In this document: piece after piece, positions 24,156 through 36,392 of the stretch
How the letters are laid out: each line of letters opens with the position of its first letter
Numbering within the stretch: the stretch's first letter is position 1
From: Catajapyx aquilonaris
Taxonomy: Eukaryota
Direction of reading: 5' to 3'
Length of the DNA stretch: 43,074 bases
NCBI GenBank assembly: GCA_000934665.2
Contig: JYFJ02005024.1
Location: forward strand, 1-43,074
Translations under genes and position numbers: made by a program
Notes under the pieces: generated by a model
Seen by the model: only the letters and a program-made list of their open reading frames with translations
What the model was told of the DNA's origin: nothing
The model's database searches: none

Positions 24156-25174
24156 TATTCATATGCGTTCGGAACGCACCAGAAGCGCGTATAATTCGTA
24201 TAATTTGGTCTGTTGTTAACGTAATATCCATGACTGTTTCAACTTCGCGGTTTGACACCTATTGCATCGTCTATTTAAGAGATAGCGGTATGCCTAAATA
24301 GCGTTTTAGAAGCATGTGAATCAAGTGCAGGGCTCCCAACAGTAGATCAACCGGACTAACGACGTCACCGTTAGTTAATCTCATAACTGTTCAGACGAAA
24401 GACTTTCGTTAGGTCAAGTCAGGTGACAAGTGATTACATCAAGTCAATCGACAAAGGAAATGGTATTGTCACCAAAATGAACCTGTGGTCAATGTCAACT
24501 TCCTGCATACTGAATGTAGGCCATACCCTATTTGGCAACTTTCCCACGATGTTCGCCATATTTGGGATATCCCACCACGTGGGTTTCACTCACTCCACTT
24601 AAATTGGATTATTTCCACTGTTGCATCCTCAGTGGGCAAATGAACTTCCTTCTAGTTGTGTGTAGGGGGGTCATCGTACGACACTTCAACAGCATGACTT
24701 CTGTTGCATCACGTTCAGGTGTCGAAGAACTCTGAATCCATGTTGGGCGCCATTGTGACATATCACGTTTAAACCTGATTCATGACCTCTACAGGTCAGG
24801 CCTTTGGAGATATCACGATGCGTACCATCGCTCAAGAGATTCTCTGAATTTGACCCAGTTTCCTTTTACACTTTTTGTTAGTTCCCCCACTTCGCTTTCC
24901 TCTATCGGCAAAATATATGGGAATAGAAAGTGTAGACGAAAGTAGCTCAAGTTCCGTATTAGTTTGGCACACAAATTTTTCGGTTATTAATTTTTTTTAA
25001 ATATCAAAACCTTGGCTTAAATCAGGTTTTATAAATGAGCTGGATGGATTATTATTTACTGTCTAAAAATTTCGAGTGAAAATGTCACTCAAAAAGCTAT
25101 AATAATGAATTTCACTCCGCTCGAATCGAGTGGAAAATTACTCGAAAGTGAGTGAAACCGTTTGAACTCAATTT

Positions 25175-25590
25175 GAGTGGATTTTCGCGCAATTTGAGCG
25201 AAAAACACAAATCCATTCGCTCAGACTTACATTTCCAGTGATTTCCACTCAAAAAGAGTTTGGTGAAACAGAGAAAATCACTCAAATTTAATGGAAAAAC
25301 ACTAATCCATTCGCTCGGACTTACATTTCCAGTGATTTCCACTCAAAAAGAGTTAGGTGAAAGAGAGAAAATCACTCAAATTTAATGGAAAAACACTAAT
25401 CCATTCGCTCAGACTTACATTTCCAGTGATTTCCACTCAAAAAGAGTTAGGTGAAAGAGCGAAAATCACTCAAATTTAATGGAAAAACACTAATCCATTC
25501 GCTCAGACTTACATTTCCAGTGATTTCCACTCAAAAAGAGTTAGGTGAAAGAGCGAAAATCACTCAAATTTAGTGGAAAATCACTCGAAA
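25175..25590. repeat. Tandem repeat, 94 bp x ~4
   Basis: ATCCATTCGCTC at 25211, 25305, 25399 and 25493. Units are near-identical. Confidence 0.95.
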
Positions 25591-26640
25591 ATTGTTAGAA
25601 TGTAAATTATTTTTTGTTAATTTAATATTTTTGCATGAGTAAATGAACTAATGGCTAAATAGCTACCGTACAAGTGTAGGACATGTGTTAATATAATTTG
25701 AGCGCAAATTATTTAGATGAAAAATCAAAGTGATCAAGTGATTTCCACTCAAAAAGAGTAGACAATAGAGTGAAAATCACTCAAATCTAGTGGAAAACAC
25801 TCGTTTTTTTTGAGTGTGAGATATGCCTGAATTATTTTTCGTTAATTAAAAAAAATGTATGAGCAAATGAACTAATAGCTAAATAGCTACTGATTGTACA
25901 AGTGTCCTTTATATAGGACATGTGTTATTATAATTTGAGAGCAAATTATTTAGATGAAAAAAATAATCAAACTGAAAGTATTATATCCGCCATCTATTTT
26001 TAAAAAGGCAAATAGCTACATTGTTGCTAACTCGTCCGAAAACCACATTGAAATGAAAATCACGTTTTGTGGTCCCCATTGGACATGGTCGGCTTTTCAA
26101 AAAGAAATGAGGGGGCGTGTCTTAAATATTCACAGATTCCAACTTAGACATGAGCTTCCCAAAAAGTGATTTAAAGTTAGCTATAAATCACTTGTCAACT
26201 TCATGAAATACAAGCTTTCTCATAGCTTGGAGGCAATTGACATACTAAAAAGTTCCTCCTTCCGCACGCGACATGTGTCCTCCGCCATTTTTAAAAAAAT
26301 GGGACACACCCACACACACTTGTCCAAGGCTAAGAAGATGGGATGAAAAACCTGAATAACTTTCCACTAACCTTCAACGATATGGTTCAATGCTCCACAA
26401 AAGGTTCCAGTTATGAAAGTTTGTATATAAATAGCTCTGTCACATGTCACATGCGCGACAATAACAGTGAAAATAGTTGCGCAATTGAATTAAGCAACTA
26501 TTCTGGACAAAATAACCAAATATAGAAAATAACTAATATAAACTTGACTAACAACTATTCTGGACAAAATAACCAAATAATAGCAATTAACTAATATAAC
26601 TAATAACTCCTCTGGACAAAATAACCAGATTTTTATTTTT

Positions 26641-26903
26641 ACCCCATTGCATTGGGAGAATCTCTATGGGGTGTGGAATACCGCCGTTTTGCTACTCAAA
26701 TTATTTCTGAAACTTTCACACCTGGATGGGGCCAATGATAGGGAAGGAAGGAGGCGGCTGTGGCCTATTTTACGGAAGCGATCCCGGAATTATCCTGGGG
26801 GGGACCATGGAAAACCCCAGAAAACCACGGTCAGGATCGCTGGCCCCGGGAATCGAACCCAGGGTCTCCCGATTGGCAGTCGGACTCCTTAGCCTGCTTC
26901 GGT
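26641..26903 (-). mobile_element. tRNA-derived SINE copy
   Basis: B-box-like GGTTCGATTCC on the minus strand and a T-rich tail on plus. Homologous to the copies at 28186-28297 and 38208-38437. Confidence 0.8.
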
Positions 26904-28185
26904 AAAAAGAACCAAATATAGAAAATAACTAAAATGACTAATAACTATTATGGATCGAATAACTACATAATAACTAATGTAACTAATAATAACTTGGGTG
27001 GCTCTGCAAGTATACGAAACTACCGTTGGCATAGCTCTTGGGGTCATGGGAGAACCGCAAGCACCACCACCACCACCACGACGTCGTTATTATTAGTTAC
27101 ATTAGTTAACTAACTAATGTAACTAATAAATATCCCCAAAAATGATTGAATATCCTTACTTAATGAGGACATTCTAATAACCCCCTTTGTCTGACAACAA
27201 TGGGACAGTAACTTCCGTTATTTTTGTCGCGTCGTGATTGAGTAATATTGAGTACTAATTGCTAGATCAAAATGAGTCGTGTACTGATCCGGATCACGTT
27301 TTGATTCTCACGAATACTAATTTTTTTCTTCTTCATTAACAATTTAGGACAAGAAATTAATCATAGTGTGCGTTAAAAAAAACTAACGCACGGATTCATC
27401 TGTCAACATTTCATTAACCATCAGGCGTCGGTTAGTCTGCTCTACAGACCTACTTATGGGCGTTTTCTCAACGCAATTTTGTAACTAATATTTTTTGCTA
27501 TTATTTGAGCAGTTATTTTTGGTTAGTATGTTCTACATACCTCATCACGTTTTTTTGACATTTTCTCTTGCTATAGCTAATATTCTGAGCTATCATGATT
27601 AGATAACTGAGTTATTTTTCGCATAGTATGCACTACTTATAGAGTTTTGGACATTTTCTTGTGATGTTTTATAACTGGTATTTTGAGCTATTATTTAATT
27701 TTCGGTTAGTCTTCTGTACAGACCTACGTATGTGGATGTTCTCAACTGACGCGATTTCATAGCTAATATTTAACTGTCTATCACTGAATTATTTTTCGGT
27801 TAGTCTACTGACGTGAATTTTCTCAGTGTGATTTTGCAACTAATATGTTGAGCTATTATTTTATCATTAATGGTTATTTTCGGTTAGTGTATTCTTTACA
27901 TACCTACCGCTTAGACATTTTCTCAGCGCGATTTATATAACTAATATTTTATCTGTTATTTCATAACTTAATTATTTTTTAGATTAGTCTTCTCTACTTA
28001 TATGAGAAAGAATGTTCTCAGTGCGATTTTATAACTAATATTTTGAGCTATTATTTGATCATTAAGAGTTAATTTTCGGTAAGTCTTCTCTATACAGATG
28101 TACTTACGGGCATTTTCTCAACGCGATTTTTATAACTAATATCTTATCTGTTATTTGATAACTTAATTATTTTTAGTCGTCTCTA

Positions 28186-28297
28186 CTGTGGCCTATTATA
28201 CGGAAGCGACCCCGGAATTATCCTAGAAAGACCGTGGAAAACTACAGAAAACCACAGTCAAGGTTGCCGGCCCCGGGATTCGAACCCAGGACTCCCT
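28186..28297 (-). mobile_element. Truncated tRNA-derived SINE copy
   Basis: CTGTGGCCTATTATACGGAAGCGACCCGGAATTATCCT...GCCGGCCCCGGGATTCGAACCCAGGAC is shared with the other two copies. Confidence 0.8.
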
Positions 28298-29384
28298 ATC
28301 CTTGGAGGTTGAAAGGCAATGCTGGGCCAACCTCCTTAATATCAATTGCAAAGTCGTCTCTACTTATGAGAATGTTCTCAGTGCGATTTTCTAATATTTT
28401 GGGCTATTATTTGATTATTAAGTGTTATTTTTCGGCTAATCTTTTCTACAGACCTACTTATGGGCATTTTTCAACGCGATTTTTCTAACATTTTAGATGT
28501 TATTTAATCTCAAAATTATTTTTCAGTAGTCATCTCTACTTATGGGAATTTTATCAGTGCGATTTTTATAACTAATATCTTCAGCTATTATTTGATCATT
28601 TTCAGTTATTTACCTCACAAATTGAACAGGTAAAATATTCAATTGTCACTATGACGTGACATTAAATTGTGAGAAATTGTGAGATATTGTGGATACCCAT
28701 ACAAGCCGCCATCTTTGGTCCCTCCATATCCACACCATAGTACAAATTAGCACCTGCAGCACGTGTATGGTGGAATCGAGGTAGCCCTAAATTTTCACCT
28801 GTATATCTCAGGTGGCAACTTTCACAGCGAGCCTTCTCGTCCACTTACACCGCATTCCTCGCATGTGAACGAGATCGCAACACATGGAAAAACCAACCGG
28901 ACCAGTATGTGGATGATGGGAAAAGCTTCTTCATCAGTGTGTGTGTACGTGTGGGCATATTATATACTAGCCATCTCTCCTCCCATCTTCAAAAAAAAAA
29001 AATGAAAAGTGCATCTCCGGAAGGGGCACAAACATGGCCGTCTTCATCCGGGAATCTGTGCCAACTTTGCTCGTCAGAGGGGGTCACCAGTCCAGAAGTC
29101 ACGTGGAGCAATTAAAATGTATGGAGAAAGGAATAACAACTAGTGACCTTCTGGGATTTTGTCCAGGGATGGGCCGGAACTGACCTTGGGGCGTGACATT
29201 GAACCTTGGATTTTAATCAGTAGGTCAGTGTTTTTCTTAACAAATGAGATATGATTGGATAGGGGGAAAAAATGGCTACAAATGAACGCTTCGGTTGGTA
29301 CGAGTGAAATCACCTTTTAATGTAAGGGAAATAACCTGTTACCCATGTGGAACTTTGTGGTCATTCACTGGTAGTGACACCATA

Positions 29385-29595
29385 CCAGTGATAGAACACC
29401 ATCCAGCAGTATGTTATAGAACATCCACACTATACCATCAGTTATAGAACACCATCCCAGCAGTTATAGAACACCCTCCCAGCAGTTATAGAACACCCAC
29501 ACCATACCATCAGTTATAGAACACCATCCCAGCAGTTATAGAACACCATACCAGCAGTTACAGAACACCATCCCAGCAGTTATAGAACACCATTC
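29385..29595. repeat. Minisatellite CAGTTATAGAACACCATCCCAG (~22 bp)
   Basis: About 9 tandem copies. Confidence 0.95.
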
Positions 29596-30484
29596 CAAAC
29601 TCACCATATCACCCTTCATATAACGGTTCCTCGTCACCAAAACTGAAAGTGTTGCACCTGCCACCTTCAACCCGGTTATTTCGCATACCCCCCGTCAGAG
29701 CGTCGCTACCGGTCACCTTTGTTGTGGCACACATTCGTCACAAATAGAATCTGTGTCGACCGTCTGAAAACGAGGACACTGATTGATCATACCTTACAAT
29801 GCGGTACTGTTACGCCCCAGGTTAAGTCACTTTGTTCCGGTTTTTTTTATGTCCATGACCTTTCAGGTCAACGACTATAATGAGTCCCCGACCTTACCCC
29901 TGTTTGGTACGTTGTTTTCACCTAAATAACACCTCATCAACACCATCATCAGGAAGCTAATGAAGGACAAGAGAATTTCGGCCAGCTTCTAGTAAAAGTT
30001 CGAGGACCGCATGTCAAGAGGCGACCCCAATCCTCGTACTTAAGGGAAACTCGTATTTCAAGTGACGATTCGAGCTAGATTCGTTAGAGAGAAGTGGTGC
30101 TCACAAAAAAGGGTACACAGTGTAACCTCATACTTAATCTGGATATAACTCGACCCACTTGTTGCTCAGCTTTAAGCATTGTCATTGTTATCCAGACGAT
30201 CACAAGGATACTCTGGACAGGGTCATGTCAGAGGGTTCGTAGTTGCTCGGGTGTAACCGGGGTTATACAACCATTAGCCTACATCCGTACTCGCCACATT
30301 TGGTCGTGAAAGCTGCACAACGTTTATAATTACGCACAAAAAAGGTAACAAGTACAATCAAGGTACAATGTAATACTTCCCAACATTTCGCATCTCTAGT
30401 CCGGTTTTACGTTGCATCACTGTGGTCCAGAAAGTGCTACAATCGTGATCTAGGTGATGACTGGAGTCATCACTCTTGTTAGTT

Positions 30485-30925
30485 GGGGGTCAGCTGACTT
30501 ATGGTGATGCTAAGAGTCAGCTGACTTATGGTGATACTAACCAGTAAGAGTCAGCTGACGTATGGTGATACCAGGGTCCCCTACATGGTTGCCTCCCCCA
30601 CCCTAACCAGGGTATTGTCTTCACGTAGTCCTTATGCAATCTAGCTCCAATATGGCCGCCCCATGCTGCAGGATAGGGAATTGGCAAGCGATTCGTTTTT
30701 GTTTTTTTTTCAATTGTTTTTTTTTTCACTGCATGTAGCTCCTATGTGAATTAGCTCCAATATGGTGGAGAGACAATACCCTGTCTAGGTGGGGGAGGCA
30801 CTCATGTAGGTGACCCTGGGTGATACTAACCAGTAAGAGTCAGCTGACGTATGGTGATACTAACCAGTAAGAGTCAGCTGACGTGTGGTGATGAGTCAGC
30901 TGACGTATGGTGATACGTCAGCTCA
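30485..30925. repeat. Minisatellite GAGTCAGCTGACGTATGGTGATAC interrupted by a hAT MITE
   Basis: Copies lie on both sides of the insertion. Confidence 0.85.
30572..30818. mobile_element. hAT-family MITE (247 bp) with 8-bp TSD GGTGATAC
   Basis: TIRs CAGGGTCCCCTACATG... / ...CATGTAGGTGACCCTG extend ~48 bp. An identical 8-mer lies at 30564-30571 and 30819-30826. Confidence 0.85.
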
Positions 30926-32205
30926 CACGTGTTAATTCACAATCGGTCAGGTCACCTCAGACAATAAAGATCGTGGAGTCATCACTCTCAGATGCATTGT
31001 TAATGGAGGTCAGCTCACTTATGGCGATGTCAAGAGTCAGCTAACATGTATGATACCAGGAGTCAATTCATAGCCAGTGGCCAGAAATGTCAGATCACTT
31101 TAGGAGTCATATGACCTGGAATCTGAATGTCAAATTCCATATTAACTTCTGGTGTCATGATGTTAGGTGATTAACAAGCATAACGACTAACACCAAGGAC
31201 CAACTTTTATATATATTTTTTAATTTATCAAAAGGGCGGGCTTAGAAGTCAGTCCGGCATCACCATCAAGTACCGGCATCACATTCCTGGTGTGGAGATG
31301 GGTGGAGACTTGGTGGTCACAAGCATTGCCTTGTTTCCCTTTCTGCTTCCGTCCCTTTGTAGCCTTGCAACAGTTGGATGCCCCCTCTCTTTACCCTGAG
31401 AGAGAGACCGCCATGATAAAAAAAGACAATACAAAAAAAGTACCATCCAAATGCTCTCAAGCTCAGTTCTGGTTTGACCACGGTTCTAGGCAGAGGTGCA
31501 CAGGTAAATATTGTATAGGTTCAGTACAATATTGTTCATACGGTGCGCAGACCTACATGTAATCTACAGAATCCTCCATATTCAACTCAAGGGCTCATAA
31601 AATGGTGACCCTGGCTTCAAAATCACTGGAGCGAACCCCCCTCAGAAACTCTATGAGTTTTTACTACAAAACCACCGGAACTCCAGGTGGCTTAGATCTC
31701 AAAAGAAGCTGGAGTGTAATTAATGGAAGAACAACAAAAAAGTTCTGTGGAGTGCGAAAGATAATTGGTACAACGCTCCTGCCCGGTTCTGCAAAGGTGA
31801 TCCTGAGAAGGTGGTCTTTGTTCCCAGATCCGCCTAGTGGATGTTCATTTAGGTGTACACGACAATCATGTTGTGCTCTGAAGAGTTGTGAAGTTGTCAC
31901 CCGACAGAGTTCAGATGGCGTCAGATTGTGCCACGTGTATTAGCGTCAGATTGTGCCACGTGTATTAGCGTCAACCGCCATGTAACGGTCATGTGTAACG
32001 GCCTTGATTGGTTGAGAAAGTATCGATGTTAAGATAATAATTAGCCCAGATGCTCATCTCCTGGTGTACTAATCACGTCCTCAATTTTTTCTCACAGGTT
32101 CGTCACACAAGAATGGTCCGGACAACGAGAGCAGTGGGAGGAACCACTGAGTGGAAATCTAATTAAAGAGTAGCATTCCAGTGCGTGACATGTAAAGGTG
32201 ATATC

Positions 32206-33545
32206 ATGGCGACCGAAGGTATCCAGCACAAACACCAGAGGAGTCAGGACTCGGGGGCATTCATAGACTGGAACTCTGAGAGTGGTAGTCCACCTAGGAA
32301 GAACAGTGGTACCGAAAGTGACCTGTGTTTGCCGGTCAAGCGTGAGTTTGTGACTGTAGTGGCTGTCGAAGGTGCGGTGGAAGAGGCGACTACGGAACAA
32401 CTGGAAACACCGTCGTTTGTGACAGTGGTGTCGGTACCTGCCGAGGACACTGCCCAGAAGGTGTCGATGACCGCCTCACCAGAAGATGGTGACAACTTAG
32501 GGTACTGCGAAGAGGCGGTTATAGTGTACCGGCTGCCTGGTGAACGACTAGGATTCGGGTTAAAGTTCGACGGTGGTAACAAGGCTGTTGAGAGTGTCAG
32601 CCACCTTCTGGTCCAATCCTGTGCAGTGGACAGTCCAGCTTCGAGATGCCTGGCCAGTTGGGGTCATCTGTCGGAAGGAGACGAGATCCTGGAGATTGAC
32701 GGGAAAAAGGTCGCTGATATGACCCGGCTGGATTGTGTCCGTTGCCTGAAGGAATCATCGGTAGCGGTCAAACTCAAGGTCCGGCATGTGTACCGACGTC
32801 GTCGTACCGAGACGCGCATACCAATCCCGACCCCCAGAACCACCGTGCCTTCAGCAGGCTCACCCCCACCGGTACCTCCAAGAAGAAGCAATCGGAAGAC
32901 ACCCGCCAGACCACCGAAGACCATTGACCTGACCCCACCCACAGGTTTTCCCGAAGACAACATGTCCGTGACCTCAGAACAAGACCAACCACCAGAAGCT
33001 GAAGTGTACCTGGACCTAATAAGCGCCGAGGCTCTTCAGATGGGCGAATCTGAATCGGACGACACCGCCAGTACGGTGTCCACAGTACTAAGCCGGGCAT
33101 CCAGACTGTCCCTGACCTCTGTCCACTCCTTAGCCAAATCCTTTGACCTATCCAAGGTACTAGACCCGTTTGAACAGCTGGAGCGAGAGTTTCCACCACC
33201 CTTACCACCGAAGCCTGACCCCGAAGACATCTTCGTCACCATACCGCTTGACCCTCCAGAGAACTTCCAGGATATACCGTCCCTATCGGACGACTCCTCG
33301 CCGTCATCGTCCCCTAAGGAGAAGAAGTCCATCGTGAAGAAGGTGAAAGAAAAGTGCAGTAAGATACCGCGTCTTCGTCTGAAACGTCCTGCCCCGCCCG
33401 TGCCGGTCACCAAGGAAAAGGTCAAAGGGAAGCAGCAGGAGGAGGTGTCACCAAAGCCTAAGAAGATGGCACCACAGCCTAAGACACCACCACAGGTGAA
33501 GAAGGACCAGGAGGACTGCACACCTGTCATCAGCCAAGATACCAG
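32206..33545 (+). CDS. First coding exon of a large PDZ-domain protein (N-terminal PDZ, probably like Drosophila arc); gene continues beyond
   Basis: Acceptor ttttttctcacAG at 32097, in-frame stop at 32164, ATG at 32206. PDZ: VYRLPGERLGFGLKFDGG..LLVQSCAVDSPASRC..WGHLSEGDEILEIDGKKVADMTRLDCVRCLKESSVAVKLKVRH. Pro-rich and ESESDDTASTVSTV segments follow. Probable donor AG|GTATT at 33545/33546. Confidence 0.82.
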
Positions 33546-33829
33546 GTATTCCATGTTAAATCTTCTAAAATCCGTTAAAATTCGGTGGACCTCTCACATG
33601 TCCCGCCGAAATTGGAGCTAGTTCCCCCGCTTCCCGCCAGAGGGGCAACGACTTTTTCCCTCTGATTCGCCCGCCCTCTGCCGGCATCCCTGGGAAGCTT
33701 GAGGCCGGCAACCTGTTTACGCATAACGGGATCAAACCGTGATTTTTGCATACTTCAACTTGTCCTTCAAAGGGCGTTCACCAATACCGGGGTTTTCTCG
33801 CGTTCAACTTGATTCCTGTGATGGTTTGA

Positions 33830-34665
33830 ACCTGGAATCATATTGATCCCCATTGATCCCCGGAATCACTTTGATCCCCCATGATCCCGCGGGATCAGTT
33901 TGAGCACGGAATCATTTTGAGCTTTTATGATCCCATAATTAGGCTAATTAAATCCCCAATGTGATTCCGATTTGAGCCGATATGATCAATTTGATGCCTA
34001 ATGTGATTCCGGAACCAACTTTGATCCCCAGTGGAATTCCGGAATCACCTTGAGCTTTTATATGATTCTGTAATCAGTTTGATCCCCAATAAGAGCCCGA
34101 AATCAGTTTGATCCCCAGTGGAATCTCGGAATCTGCTTGATCCTTCATGATCCCTGTTTCAGCACAGAATAATATTTTGAGCCCAGATGATCCCGGAATC
34201 ACTTTCATCCCCAGTGGGATTTCGGAATCACTGACCTTTTATTCCTCTAAAATCAATTTGATCCCCAATGTGAGCCCGAAATCAGTTTGATCCATCATAA
34301 TTCCGCGGGATCAGTTTGATCCCATGAGCCCCGAAATTACTTTGATCCCATGAGCCCCGAAATCACTTTGATCCCTAGTGGGATCCCGGAATTATTTTTA
34401 TTCCCGAGGAGCCTACGGGGTAATTTTAAGCCCAAATTATCCCGGGTTGGTCCCCAATGATCCCCTAAATCAATTTGATTCCCGATGATTCCGGAATCAG
34501 TTTGATCCCCAGAGGGATCCCGGAATCATTTTTGATCCCGATGAGCCCGGATTGATCCCCGAAGATTCCGGAATCAGTTTGATCCCCAGAGGGATCCCGG
34601 AATCATTTTTGATCCCCGATGAGCCCGGACTCAGTTTGATCCAGAATTTGATCCCCGATTTGAAC
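33830..34665. repeat. Degenerate minisatellite (TTTGATCCCC / CCGGAATCA units)
   Basis: Dozens of GATCCC and GGAATC motifs in tandem. Confidence 0.9.
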
Positions 34666-35320
34666 CTGGCGAGTGAAAGGCGCATTCCGGTCGCTGTTTT
34701 TACGACCCCATGTTATGATCGTAATCTGAGCGGGTTGACTGGGCGACTCTCGGTGATCTGATCCCCCGGAATGTCCTCTCCATCTCTCCTACTAGTAGTC
34801 ATTATCCAGCGCCATCTTGGACGTGCTCCGCTTTTGATGAGCCCCCACTCCTACTGATTCCAATTGATTCCAATGAATGCTAATGGACGGGTGCAATCCC
34901 GATACATGACTTTAATCACAGGGGGACCCCAACTATGTTTTGCAAAATCCCAGCCGACCAATGAAAGATGAGCCTCTGATTTATAGTTCGGGATAGGTTT
35001 TTTTTTACTGTAGTCTCTGGTAGTCCCCCGGTAGTCATTTGCCCAGGGAATAATTAAGTGAAGACTCCTGTTTCGACACGTTCAGGAAGTCATCGGTTCT
35101 GATTGGCCCCCTCTAGGCTATTGGATTTCAATTAAAGTGGACAAAAAAAAAACTATAATTGTGGCCTGGTTGATCATACATATTGCAGAGTACGTAAGTC
35201 CTTAGAACCAGAAATTCATTTGACGGGTTTTCTAGGGGTTAACAACTTCCTAAGTGACCTAAGACATGTGTGGACTTCAGAAATTAGGAAAAACTAATTT
35301 AAACGGAGAAAATCGACCTA

Positions 35321-35522
35321 AAACGGACATACCCGAACTATGACGAACTTACCCGAACTAGGACGGACCTACCCGAACCAGGACGGAAACACCCCAACTA
35401 GGACGGAAATACCCCAACTAGGACGGAAATACCCCAACTAAGATGGACTTACCCGAACTATGACGAACTTACCCGAACTAGGACGGATTTACCCGAACTA
35501 GGACGGACATACCCGAACTAGG
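35321..35522. repeat. 20-bp minisatellite ACCCGAACTAGGACGGA.. x10
   Basis: Exact 20-bp periodicity. Confidence 0.97.
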
Positions 35523-35559
35523 GCTGAGAAATGGTTTATAATCAAAATCGTGCTGGATT

Positions 35560-36392
35560 CCATTTAAATTTAATTTGGCATGTACTGTATAATTAATTCA
35601 ACGAATTTACGAATATAATAAGTTACAGTATTTCAAGTAATATTTTTGCTCAAGTGATATTAATAGATTTATTTAAAGTTCAAAAAAATGTTTTGTGAAA
35701 TTCAAAATATAAAATGTGTTAAGTTAAATTAAAATTCGGAATACTGTATGAATAATTACTTCGACTACTACATTAGTTATAATATATTTCAAATAATATT
35801 TCCGCTCAAGTGATATGAATGAATTTTTAAGTTTAAAAATTATTTTGGAATTCAAAGTATAATAAATTTAAAAATTAAAATGTGAAATTCTGTAGGCCTA
35901 TTAATAATTAATGTAACTAATGTATTAGTTATTTATGTCAAAATAATTTCGCTCAAATTATCCTCGTGGATCAATAATTAAAAGTTTAAAAAGTGAATTA
36001 CAATTTGAAATTAATGTTTAAAAAAGTGAAATGGCAATTTGAAATTAAAGTTTTAAATACCTAAAATAAGGTTTGAATAATTAAGAGATACTATTAAAAT
36101 TAACATTAATGTTTTAAATTAAAACACAAAAATGAGAATAATGCTTAAATTAAAAGGTAAGATCAAAATTAATTAAACTGATATTAAAATTCGACATTTA
36201 ATTAAGGCTTAAATTAAAAGTTCAGATCGAAATTAAACTGACATTAAAAATAGAAATATAACTAAAGGTCTAAATTGTTAAAAAATAAACTTAAAATTAG
36301 TAAAGTTTGATATTAAAATTAGAAACTAATTTAGGTTTAAATTGAAAGCAAAATCAAAATCAATTAAAATTTTAATAATTAATAAATTTAAG
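35560..36392. other. Very AT-rich low-complexity tract
   Basis: Dominated by A/T runs (TTAAAATT motifs), with no ORF in the track. Confidence 0.75.

Larger units (their letters stand above)
26490..28610. repeat. AT-rich degenerate satellite (ATAACTAATAT / TTTTCGGTTAGT units) interrupted by SINEs, with an orientation switch
   Basis: Repeated GCGATTTTATAACTAATATTTTGAGCTATTATTT-like units. Left-hand units appear in the reverse orientation. Confidence 0.75.

Noticed and set aside
23634..24258. ORFs of 70-158 aa and a CRISPR-like regular spacing
   Set aside because: This is a plain ~72-bp tandem repeat without unique spacers, in a eukaryotic context with no cas genes.
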